The notes below the pieces were generated by a model that saw only the letters and a list, made by a program, of their open reading frames with translations, made no database searches and had not been told where the DNA came from. Shown here one piece after another: positions 1 through 7,266 of a stretch of DNA of 31,577 nucleotides (the stretch's first letter is position 1; every line of letters starts with the position of its first letter). Both the position numbers and the translations under genes were made by a program. The DNA is from a bacterium. Lineage in GTDB: Bacteria > Sysuimicrobiota > Sysuimicrobiia > Sysuimicrobiales > Kaftiobacteriaceae. The stretch covers positions 1 through 31,577 of the forward strand of contig JBIOWP010000137.1 in NCBI GenBank assembly GCA_044868695.1, given 5' to 3'.

Positions 1-1
1 A

Positions 2-148
2 CCCTACAGCCAGGCCCGGCAGACCGTGGCAGACATCTGGCCAGTGCTTGAGCTGTTCAGCGCGGATCCGAAGGTGAGCCGGCCTGCATACGAGCGGTTC
101 GTGCTCGAAGGTCTGACCGTCCCGCTAGACCACTTTCAAGAGCCGTAA
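2..148 (+). CDS. 3' end of a gene entering from the left edge; tail resembles REP-associated tyrosine (Y1/HUH) transposase C-termini
   Basis: Frame 2 is open from the edge to TAA 146-148: PYSQARQTVADIWPVLELFSADPKVSRPAYERFVLEGLTVPLDHFQEP. The 'VL.LFS......R.AY.RFV.EG' pattern is only reminiscent; any catalytic part lies outside the window. Confidence 0.35.
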   Translation, partial: PYSQARQTVADIWPVLELFSADPKVSRPAYERFVLEGLTVPLDHFQEP

Positions 149-934
149 CATCTCATCGTGGACACGGCCGTTGGTGGCCAGCACGTCACGGCAGTCCACG
201 TGGAACGGACGGCCGTGCATATCGGTGATGCGGCCGCCTGCCTCCTGGACGAGCAGGGCTCCGGCGGCAATGTCCCAGGCATTCAGCCCCGGCTCCCAGA
301 ACGCGGCGATGCGCCCGGCGGCAACATAGGCCAGGTGCAGTGCGGCGGCGCCCAAAATGCGGACTTCAATCGCCGTCCGCATGAGCCGCTCGATTTCGGG
401 AATGTTGCGGCCGCTCTCGCGAATCTCGTACGGGAGCCCGCTCGCCACCACCGCCTCGGCGACCGTCGCGATGTCGGAAACCTTCACCGGTTCTTCACGT
501 CCCCCGCGGCGGACAAAAGCGCCAGATCCACGCTCGGCGACGAACATCTCGTCCATCGGGGGATGGTAGATGACTCCGGCAACGAGTTCCCCTTTCCGCT
601 CCACAGCGATCGACACGGCAAAGAGCGGCAGCCCGTGGGCAAAGTTCGTCGTGCCGTCGATCGGGTCGATGATCCAGCGGTACATCTCGCCGGCCCGCGC
701 CGTGCCTTCTTCGGCCAGGATGCCGTGATCAGGAAAACGCTGCCGGACCAGGCTGGTGATGATTTCTTCTGCCATGCGGTCCGCGCGCGTGACCAGATCG
801 GCGGGATTGCGTTTGGTCGCGACGCCCTTGGACTCCAGCGAATCAGCGAGCATCTCCCGCAGCAGTGCTCCGGCCTGCAGCGCGGCATCGATCGCGGCGG
901 TTGCGAACTCCGAAGGCGGCTTCACGACGACCAT
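125..934 (-). CDS. suhB: Inositol monophosphatase family protein
   Basis: Motifs ILAEEG, WIIDPIDGTTNFAHG and WDIAAGALLVQEAGG. The true start may be GTG 925. Confidence 0.92.
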   Translation of the reverse strand: MVVVKPPSEFATAAIDAALQAGALLREMLADSLESKGVATKRNPADLVTRADRMAEEIITSLVRQRFPDHGILAEEGTARAGEMYRWIIDPIDGTTNFAHGLPLFAVSIAVERKGELVAGVIYHPPMDEMFVAERGSGAFVRRGGREEPVKVSDIATVAEAVVASGLPYEIRESGRNIPEIERLMRTAIEVRILGAAALHLAYVAAGRIAAFWEPGLNAWDIAAGALLVQEAGGRITDMHGRPFHVDCRDVLATNGRVHDEMLRLLKVV

Positions 935-944
935 TCTACAATAG

Positions 945-977
945 AGAACCCCGCCTCCAGATCGGAGACGGGGTTCT
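945..977 (-). terminator. Stem-loop downstream of the beta-barrel-like gene; probable intrinsic terminator
   Basis: AGAACCCCGCCTCC (945-958) / GGAGACGGGGTTCT (964-977) with a 5-nt loop. The single mismatch is a G.U pair on the minus-strand RNA. The U-tract is weak. Confidence 0.6.
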
Positions 978-998
978 GACTACCGTGCTCCACGCAGG

Positions 999-1517
999 CT
1001 AGCGCCCGAGGAGGAAGGCCACGCCGAGATACCCGACGCCGGTATTCACGCCGCCGACCAGGGACAACTGGCGCGACAGCTGGTACTGCGCTCCGACGTC
1101 CCACACGATGACCTGGAGATTCGTATCGTAGTTCAACGTACTGTACCCCTTCAGGCCGGGAGCCAGAGTCTGGATGAGACCGGCTCCCACCAGGATCGTG
1201 CTCGTCCCAGCCGACGGGCTCGAGAACTGGAGGCTGACGAATGGATCAAACTCCCGGCTGGGAGCCCTCAGATGGTAGCGCCCGCCGCCGGCAAACGTCG
1301 TCGCACCACCTGAAACGGAGGTGTAGCTCACGAGCAAGTCCCACGAAGGACCAAAGGCGTAGCTCACGGCCCCAGTGAACGCGGACGCCCCTGGACCTAA
1401 CGGCGTATACGTCAAACTGATGGCGGTCCTGTCGACCACCGTTTGCGCCTGTGCGGGGAGCGCGGAGAGCGCAACGACAAGTGTCAGGGCACTTGCGAGT
1501 GCGACCAATTTCCTCAC
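999..1517 (-). CDS. Secreted, probable small outer-membrane beta-barrel protein
   Basis: Signal peptide (MRKLVALASALTLVVALSALPAQA) then alternating beta-strand patterns with aromatic ends (GAVSYAF, GGRYHL, VGAQYQL). GTG 1517 is preceded by a GGGGG SD-like run; the ORF track starts at 1526. Confidence 0.6.
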   Translation of the reverse strand: MRKLVALASALTLVVALSALPAQAQTVVDRTAISLTYTPLGPGASAFTGAVSYAFGPSWDLLVSYTSVSGGATTFAGGGRYHLRAPSREFDPFVSLQFSSPSAGTSTILVGAGLIQTLAPGLKGYSTLNYDTNLQVIVWDVGAQYQLSRQLSLVGGVNTGVGYLGVAFLLGR

Positions 1518-1550
1518 GTGCGTCACCCCCGTATTCTAGTTTCGTCTCTA

Positions 1551-1575
1551 GTTCGACGGAACATGTGGAAATCCT
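1551..1575 (-). promoter_or_regulatory. Sigma-H-like promoter (AGGA-N17-GAAC)
   Basis: Minus strand reads AAGGATTTCCACATGTTCCGTCGAAC, the same layout as the Bacillus sigma-H consensus AGGA-N17/18-GAAT. Confidence 0.45.
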
Positions 1576-1587
1576 TGGGGGAAAGGC

Positions 1588-2658
1588 CTATTCCCACTTG
1601 AAACGCTTGGCCGCCACTAGAAACGAGACGGCTCCCCACGCGGCCAGGTACGCCAGACTGGACCCATACGCCGTCACGGACTCCCCGCGTGCGGAGACCG
1701 CGCGCATCATTTCCACGAGAGGGGTGAGCGGCAGCAAACCGATCAGCGGCTGGATCACCTGGGGCATGAAGTCGCGCGGCCAGAAGGTCCCGGCCAGAAA
1801 CATCATCGGAAAACTGATCGCGCTGCCGAGCAGATTGCTCGACTCCGGCGTCGCCGACACCGTCGAGATGGCGAATCCCATCCCCACGAAGACCAGCGTC
1901 CCCACGACAATGAGAGCCGCCACGACGGGCAGGCTGCCGACAATCCTGGCGTGGAATCCTGCGACCGCGACCAGCATGATGACCGCCATCTGGAAGAGGC
2001 TGGTGAGCGTGTACCGTCCGACCAGGCCCCCCAGGAACGCGGCGGGATGAGCCGGAGTGGCCAGAATCCGCTTCAACACATGCCGCTGCCGGTAGGTCGC
2101 GACGACCCAGGTGACCCCGGACAGCCCGGTCTGCATCACGGTCATCGCGAGGATCCCCGGGAGAAGGAAATCGAAATAGCGCAGCTGCGGGCGGCCGGCG
2201 ATGCCGGCGGGCTGCAGCCTGAGCGCCGCGGGCGCGCCGGCGAGGCGGAGATTCGCTTCGGCGACAAAGCGCTCGAGGATGACCAACGCGGTCTGCGACT
2301 CGGCGATCCGCGCCTGATCAAAATATGCGCGCAGCGGGTCGCCCGATGAGGCACCGGGCACCACGACGATCAGCGTGAGGCGGCCTCCCCGGAGCCGGCC
2401 CATCGCCTCGTCGAGGTCGTACGCCTCCTCCACCCGCAGGACCGGCACCTGCTTGAGCCCTGCCAGCAGGCCCCGCCCCAGCGGCGCGGCGCCCTGGTCG
2501 ATGACGGCGACAGAAAACGTCGGGCTGTCGCTCCGGCCAAACGCCAGGCCGATCAAGGTCATCAAGATAATCGGGAAGGCCATCCCCCAGAACACGGCGC
2601 CACGGTCCCGCAGGTACATCCGGAATCCCATCGCGACGGTCGTCCAGAAGCCATTCAT
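1588..2658 (-). CDS. ABC-2 type exporter permease
   Basis: One N-terminal TM, an extracellular loop, then a multi-TM ABC-2 domain (YFDFLLPGILAM, PMMFLAGTFWP, LPLTPLVEMMR). ATGA overlap with the ATPase. Confidence 0.9.
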   Translation of the reverse strand: MNGFWTTVAMGFRMYLRDRGAVFWGMAFPIILMTLIGLAFGRSDSPTFSVAVIDQGAAPLGRGLLAGLKQVPVLRVEEAYDLDEAMGRLRGGRLTLIVVVPGASSGDPLRAYFDQARIAESQTALVILERFVAEANLRLAGAPAALRLQPAGIAGRPQLRYFDFLLPGILAMTVMQTGLSGVTWVVATYRQRHVLKRILATPAHPAAFLGGLVGRYTLTSLFQMAVIMLVAVAGFHARIVGSLPVVAALIVVGTLVFVGMGFAISTVSATPESSNLLGSAISFPMMFLAGTFWPRDFMPQVIQPLIGLLPLTPLVEMMRAVSARGESVTAYGSSLAYLAAWGAVSFLVAAKRFKWE

Positions 2659-3569
2659 TCGCGCAGCCTCCGGCCCGTCAAGTGCAGGAAGACGTCTTCC
2701 AGTGTTGCCTCCTCCACGCGCAGTTGATGCAGGACGGCCTGCCCGCTCCCCTTGAGCTCCATCAGCGCATGCACCGTCTGCAGCGGGTCGGATGTGAAGA
2801 GCACCACCTCGCCGTCCGATCGCTCGACCGCGCGCACCCCGGGCAGAGCCTCGAACCGCACCTCTCCGCCGTCCAGGGTCACCGCCACGGTGGTCCCAGG
2901 GGTGTGCGCACGGATGAGCGCGCGCGGCGCGTCCTCGGCGACGATCTCTCCGTGGTCCATGATGGCCACACGATCACAGAGCTGCTGCGCTTCTTCCATA
3001 TAATGAGTGGTGAGGATGACGGTGCGGCCCTCCCTCCGGAACGAGGCGATCACCTCCCAGAGGGCACGCCGGGCCTGCGGATCCAGCCCGGTCGTCGGTT
3101 CGTCCAGGAACACGATCCGCGGATCGTTGATGAGGGCGACGGCGATGGACAGCCGCTGCTGCTGGCCGCCGGACAGCGTCTCCACGCGCGCGCCGCGCTT
3201 CTCATCGAGCTGGAGCCGGCGCAGAATCGCATCCGGCGGCAGCGCGGTCCGGTGAAACGACGCGAACAGGCGCAGCGTTTCCAGCACCGTCAGGCGGTCC
3301 AGGAACCCGGCCTGCTGCAGCTGCACCCCAATCCGCGCGCGGACTTCGCGTGGGTTCTCCCGCACGTCGATCCCGTCCACCACGGCCGCGCCGGCGTCTG
3401 GGCGCCGCAGTCCCTCGAGCATCTCCAGGGTTGTGGTCTTCCCCGCGCCGTTGGGCCCGAGGATGCCGAAGACCTCGCCGGCGGCGACCCCAAAATTGAT
3501 GTGATCGACCGCGGTGACGTCCCCGTAGCGCTTGACGAGGCCGGATACCTCGACGATGGGCATGCCCAT
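2655..3569 (-). CDS. ABC exporter ATP-binding protein (DrrA/YadG-like)
   Basis: Walker A GPNGAGKTT, signature LSGGQ, Walker B VFLDEP, H-loop TTHYMEEA, C-terminal TLEDVFLHLTG. Start is ATG 3569 or 3563. Confidence 0.93.
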   Translation of the reverse strand: MGMPIVEVSGLVKRYGDVTAVDHINFGVAAGEVFGILGPNGAGKTTTLEMLEGLRRPDAGAAVVDGIDVRENPREVRARIGVQLQQAGFLDRLTVLETLRLFASFHRTALPPDAILRRLQLDEKRGARVETLSGGQQQRLSIAVALINDPRIVFLDEPTTGLDPQARRALWEVIASFRREGRTVILTTHYMEEAQQLCDRVAIMDHGEIVAEDAPRALIRAHTPGTTVAVTLDGGEVRFEALPGVRAVERSDGEVVLFTSDPLQTVHALMELKGSGQAVLHQLRVEEATLEDVFLHLTGRRLRE

Positions 3570-3617
3570 GCCGTTCAACGAGACGGGACGGAGCCCCTAC
3601 GCCGCCCGCCCCCTACC

Positions 3618-3644
3618 GCAGGAGTGCGTTCCGCAGAGCGGAAT
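3618..3644 (+). promoter_or_regulatory. Sigma-H-like promoter (GCAGGA-N17-GAAT) upstream of the GNAT operon
   Basis: GCAGGA 3618-3623, 17-nt spacer, GAAT 3641-3644. Confidence 0.5.
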
Positions 3645-3663
3645 GAAAGATACCATTCCCCCC

Positions 3664-4137
3664 ATGACTGTCGAGATACGCCGGGCCACGATCAAAGACA
3701 TCAAGGAAATTCTCCCGGTGTGGGGTGAACTGGCGGATTTCCACTCCGAGCTCGACCCGGCGTTTACGCCGTCTGCGCAGTGGCCGCGCGAATATGGCGC
3801 CTACCTCCGGACGCTGATCAGCCGCGAGGACGCGATTGCGGTCGTGGCCCGGGAAGGGCTGCAGGTCATCGGCTATGCCGTCGGCCGCATCACGACACTG
3901 CCTCCCTTCTTCGAGCAGCGCTACCGCGGGTACATTCACGACGTCTTCGTGAAGACTGACTACCGCCGCCACGGCATCGGCCGGCAGCTCGTCGATGAGA
4001 TCCTGCGGTGGCTGCTCCGCCGGGGCGTCGGCCTGGTGGAACTGACAGTTGCCGCCAACAACGACGCGATCCCGTTCTGGGAACGTCTGGGGTTCCGCGT
4101 GTACATGCATCAAATGAAGAAAGACCTGCGGACCTAG
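3664..4137 (+). CDS. GNAT family N-acetyltransferase
   Basis: N-terminal IRRATIKD, acetyl-CoA motif A (VFVKTDYRRHGIGRQL), motif B (N..AIPFWERLGF). ATG 3664 chosen because the longer ORF overlaps the divergent gene. Confidence 0.9.
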   Translation: MTVEIRRATIKDIKEILPVWGELADFHSELDPAFTPSAQWPREYGAYLRTLISREDAIAVVAREGLQVIGYAVGRITTLPPFFEQRYRGYIHDVFVKTDYRRHGIGRQLVDEILRWLLRRGVGLVELTVAANNDAIPFWERLGFRVYMHQMKKDLRT

Positions 4138-4144
4138 GGACGAG

Positions 4145-5281
4145 ATGCACCTCGACGCCGTCCTAGCGGACGTTCACGATGCGGGGCTTGATGCGCTACT
4201 GGTCAGCACCCCCGCCAATACGTACTACGTGTCCGGCTTCCGCGCCATTACTTACTCGCGCCCGGTGCTGGTCCTGGTCACCGACCCACCCGTGTTGATC
4301 ATCCCGGAGCTGGAAGAGGCGCACGCGCGGGCCACCGCTCGCATCCCCGCGATCCGCACGTACTCGGACGCGGGGCTGGGCGGGCTGCAGGGAAAGTCCA
4401 CGCTGCAGCTGGCCGTGGACCTGTGCCTCGAGGCGATGCGCGGGGCCGGTCTCCGCGGCCGGCGCGTGGGGTTCGAGTCCGGGGGGTTTTCCGTCGACGG
4501 GCACGGGTACCTCGCGGAGGCCTGGGCCGGGCCGCTGGTGCCCACGAAGGGCATCGTCGAACACCGCCGGATGGTCAAGGACCGCGCGGAGTTGGACCTC
4601 GTGCGCATCGGCGCGTCGCTCGCGGAGACCGGCATGCGGGTCGAAGTCGAGGCCAGCACGCCGGGGACGACGGAGATCGAGATCATGGCCCGCGGGGATA
4701 TGGCGATGCTGCTCGAGGCGGCCGCGCGCCATCCCGACCGCCACATCACCGCCGGGTCGCGGCCGGTGTCCGGTGAGAAATCGGTGCTGCCGCACTCCAT
4801 GCCGTCGGGCCGGCGCCTGCAGCGGGGCGACGTGGTCATCCACGGCACGGGCTGCGTGACCGATGGGTACCACTCTGAAGACGAGCGGACGATGTTCGTC
4901 GGCCCGCCTACCGAGCACCAGCGCCGGCTCTTTGCGGTCATGGCGCGCGCGCAGCAGGCCGCGATGGCGGCGATCCGCCCGGGAGTACCGTGCCGGCAGG
5001 TTGACCGGGCCGCGCGCAGCGTCATCGAGGAGGCCGGCTACGGACGCGCCTTCACCCACCGTACCGGTCACGGCATCGGCATCGACATTCACGAGCTGCC
5101 GTTCTTCGCGCCGCAGGACGAGACCGTGCTGCGGCCCGGCATGGTGATGTCGGTGGAGCCGGGCATCTACGTGGACGGCGTCGGCGGCTTTCGCCACTCC
5201 GATACGGTGGTCGTGACCGACGACGGGTGCGAGAGCCTGACGGCATTCCCCAAGTCGTTGGACGCCTTGATCCGCGCGTAG
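4145..5281 (+). CDS. M24 (Xaa-Pro peptidase/creatinase) family hydrolase with altered metal ligands
   Basis: Creatinase/prolidase N-domain (NTYYVSGF) plus pita-bread domain (LPHS, HRTGHGIG, SVEPGIY, GFRHSDTV). Confidence 0.88.
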   Translation: MHLDAVLADVHDAGLDALLVSTPANTYYVSGFRAITYSRPVLVLVTDPPVLIIPELEEAHARATARIPAIRTYSDAGLGGLQGKSTLQLAVDLCLEAMRGAGLRGRRVGFESGGFSVDGHGYLAEAWAGPLVPTKGIVEHRRMVKDRAELDLVRIGASLAETGMRVEVEASTPGTTEIEIMARGDMAMLLEAAARHPDRHITAGSRPVSGEKSVLPHSMPSGRRLQRGDVVIHGTGCVTDGYHSEDERTMFVGPPTEHQRRLFAVMARAQQAAMAAIRPGVPCRQVDRAARSVIEEAGYGRAFTHRTGHGIGIDIHELPFFAPQDETVLRPGMVMSVEPGIYVDGVGGFRHSDTVVVTDDGCESLTAFPKSLDALIRA

Positions 5282-5288
5282 GGTGGAG

Positions 5289-6164
5289 ATGTCACGCCTC
5301 GCTCCGTCGACGTTCTCGATCGTCGCCGCCGACCCGGCGACGGGAGAGTTCGGCGTGGCCGTGGCCAGCAAGTTTCTTGCGGTCGGCGCCGTTGTCCCGT
5401 GGGCGCGCGCCGGTGCCGGCGCCATCGCAACCCAGGCATGGGCCAACCTCAGCTACGGCCCCACGGGGCTCTCGATGCTCGCCGAGGGGCGGCGCGCGGA
5501 CGACGTGATGCGCCACCTCGTGGATTCCGATGGGAACCGCGAGCACCGCCAGATGGGCGTGGTCGACCGGTCGGGGACCTCGGCCGCGTGGACCGGCAGA
5601 GAGTGTTTCCGCTGGGCCGGCCACCGCACCGGCTCCGGCTACGCCTGCCAGGGGAACATCCTTGCCTCTGACGCGGTGATCGCGGCCATGGCCGACACGT
5701 TCGAGCGGTCGGCCGGCCCGCTGCCCGAGCGGTTGGTGACCGCGCTGGAAGCCGGTCAGACGCAGGGAGGCGACAGCCGGGGGCAGCAGTCATCGGCGCT
5801 GTACGTCGCAAAGGACAAGGGGAGTTACGGCGGCTACCTCGACCGCTACGTCGACCTGCGCGTCGACGATCACCCGGCGCCGGTCGTCGAGCTACGCAAG
5901 TTGCTTGAGCTGCACCGGCTGTATTTCGGTGCAACGGCCAGCGGGGCGCTGACGCGGGCCGCCGGCAACGTGGCGCAGGAGATCCAGGAACTTCTCCGGG
6001 CGCTCGGCTACTATATGGGCGCCATCACCGCCACCTACGATGATGCCACCAAGGATGCGTTCCGCCGGTTCTGCGCGATGGAAAACTTCGAAGAACGCTG
6101 GCGCGAGGACGACCTGGTGGACCGTGAGATCATTGCATTCATGCGAACGCGCGTCGCCCCATGA
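5289..6164 (+). CDS. DUF1028 (Ntn-hydrolase-like) protein with C-terminal putative peptidoglycan-binding domain
   Basis: TFSIVAADP..GEFGVAVASKFLAVG, GAIATQA, QGNIL, GGDSRGQQSSAL, DLRVDDH; C-terminal QELLRALGYY.G..ENFEER. Confidence 0.88.
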   Translation: MSRLAPSTFSIVAADPATGEFGVAVASKFLAVGAVVPWARAGAGAIATQAWANLSYGPTGLSMLAEGRRADDVMRHLVDSDGNREHRQMGVVDRSGTSAAWTGRECFRWAGHRTGSGYACQGNILASDAVIAAMADTFERSAGPLPERLVTALEAGQTQGGDSRGQQSSALYVAKDKGSYGGYLDRYVDLRVDDHPAPVVELRKLLELHRLYFGATASGALTRAAGNVAQEIQELLRALGYYMGAITATYDDATKDAFRRFCAMENFEERWREDDLVDREIIAFMRTRVAP

Positions 6165-7135
6165 CCGGCCGGGAGCGCGTGGCCGCGGCCATTGCCGGCA
6201 AGCCCGTGGACCGGGTCCCCATCGCGCTGTGGCGCCACTTTCCCCAACACGACCAGAAGGCGGAGACGATGGCCCGCGCGCACGTCGAGTTCCAGGCGCG
6301 CTGGCAGTGGGACTTCCTCAAGGTGACCCCGGCCAGCGGATACTACGGGGACGACTGGGGACTGCGCGGAGGCTTCAAACCGAACCGGGAAGGCACACGG
6401 CACTTTACCGACCGGCCGATCAAGAAGGCGGCCGACTGGAGCCGCTTGAAGTCCCTCGACGTGACGGCCGGTGTCTACGGCCGCGAGCTGCACGCCCTGC
6501 GGCTGATCCGCGAGGCGCTCCCGGAGGTGCTGATCCTCTCAACGGTGTTCAGCCCGCTCACGATCGCGGGGACGCTGTCTGGCCCGGAAGCGTCCCTGCG
6601 CTACCTGCGGGAAAATCCGGACGACCTGCACCGCGGCCTGGAGACCATCACCGACGTCACCGCCCGGTTCGCCGCGGAGTCGCTGGCCGCGGGGGCGGAC
6701 GGCATCTTCTTCGCCACCGCGGCGGCATCGACCCAGCACCTGTCGGTGGAAGCATACGAGGAGTTCGGCCGGCCCTATGACCTGCGGGTGCTCGACGCGG
6801 TCTCCGGCGCCGAGCTGCGGATCCTGCACGTGCACGGGTTGGACATCATGTTCGATGCACTGACCGACTACCCGGTGGACGTCATCAACTGGCACGACCG
6901 CCGCACCGCGCCGACGCTGGCGGAGGCGCGGCACCGGTTCTCCGGCTGCCTGGCCGGTGGGATCAACGAGCTGGGGGCGCTATCGTCGGGCACGCCGGAT
7001 CAGGTGGCCGGTGAGGTTGGAGAGGCCGTGGCGCAGACCGGCGGCCTGCAGCACATCGTCGCCGCGGGCTGCACGATTCCGATCGACGTGACCGACGAAC
7101 GGTTGACGGCAGCGCGCAACGCCGTCACACGCTAG
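6161..7135 (+). CDS. URO-D/MtaA-CmuA-like TIM-barrel protein (probably not true HemE)
   Basis: MT.RERV.AAI.G.PVDRVP, FSPLT, AGADGIFF, LHVHG, AAGCTIP. Lacks the HemE RQAGR motif. ATGA overlap with DUF1028. Confidence 0.82.
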   Translation: MTGRERVAAAIAGKPVDRVPIALWRHFPQHDQKAETMARAHVEFQARWQWDFLKVTPASGYYGDDWGLRGGFKPNREGTRHFTDRPIKKAADWSRLKSLDVTAGVYGRELHALRLIREALPEVLILSTVFSPLTIAGTLSGPEASLRYLRENPDDLHRGLETITDVTARFAAESLAAGADGIFFATAAASTQHLSVEAYEEFGRPYDLRVLDAVSGAELRILHVHGLDIMFDALTDYPVDVINWHDRRTAPTLAEARHRFSGCLAGGINELGALSSGTPDQVAGEVGEAVAQTGGLQHIVAAGCTIPIDVTDERLTAARNAVTR

Positions 7136-7142
7136 CGCCCCC

Positions 7143-7221
7143 TGTCATTGCGAGGCCAAGGGGCCGAAGCAATCTCCTCGAACCCGGAGATTGCCACGCC
7201 CCTCCGGGGCTCGCGATGACA
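7143..7221. repeat. Cruciform REP/palindromic element (GTCATTGCGAG...GCAATC...GATTGC...CTCGC.ATGAC type)
   Basis: Outer inverted repeat TGTCATTGCGAG (7143-7154) / CTCGCGATGACA (7210-7221). Inner hairpins GGCC/GGCC, GCAATCTCC (7169-7177)/GGAGATTGC (7186-7194) and GCCCC/GGGGC. Confidence 0.8.
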
Positions 7222-7266
7222 ACATCTGGATGAGAAGACGTATAGTTGTTCTTAGGAGCGCGGACG

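Noticed and set aside
6161..7135. hemE (uroporphyrinogen decarboxylase) assignment
   Set aside because: The RQAGR motif is absent and there are no tetrapyrrole genes nearby.
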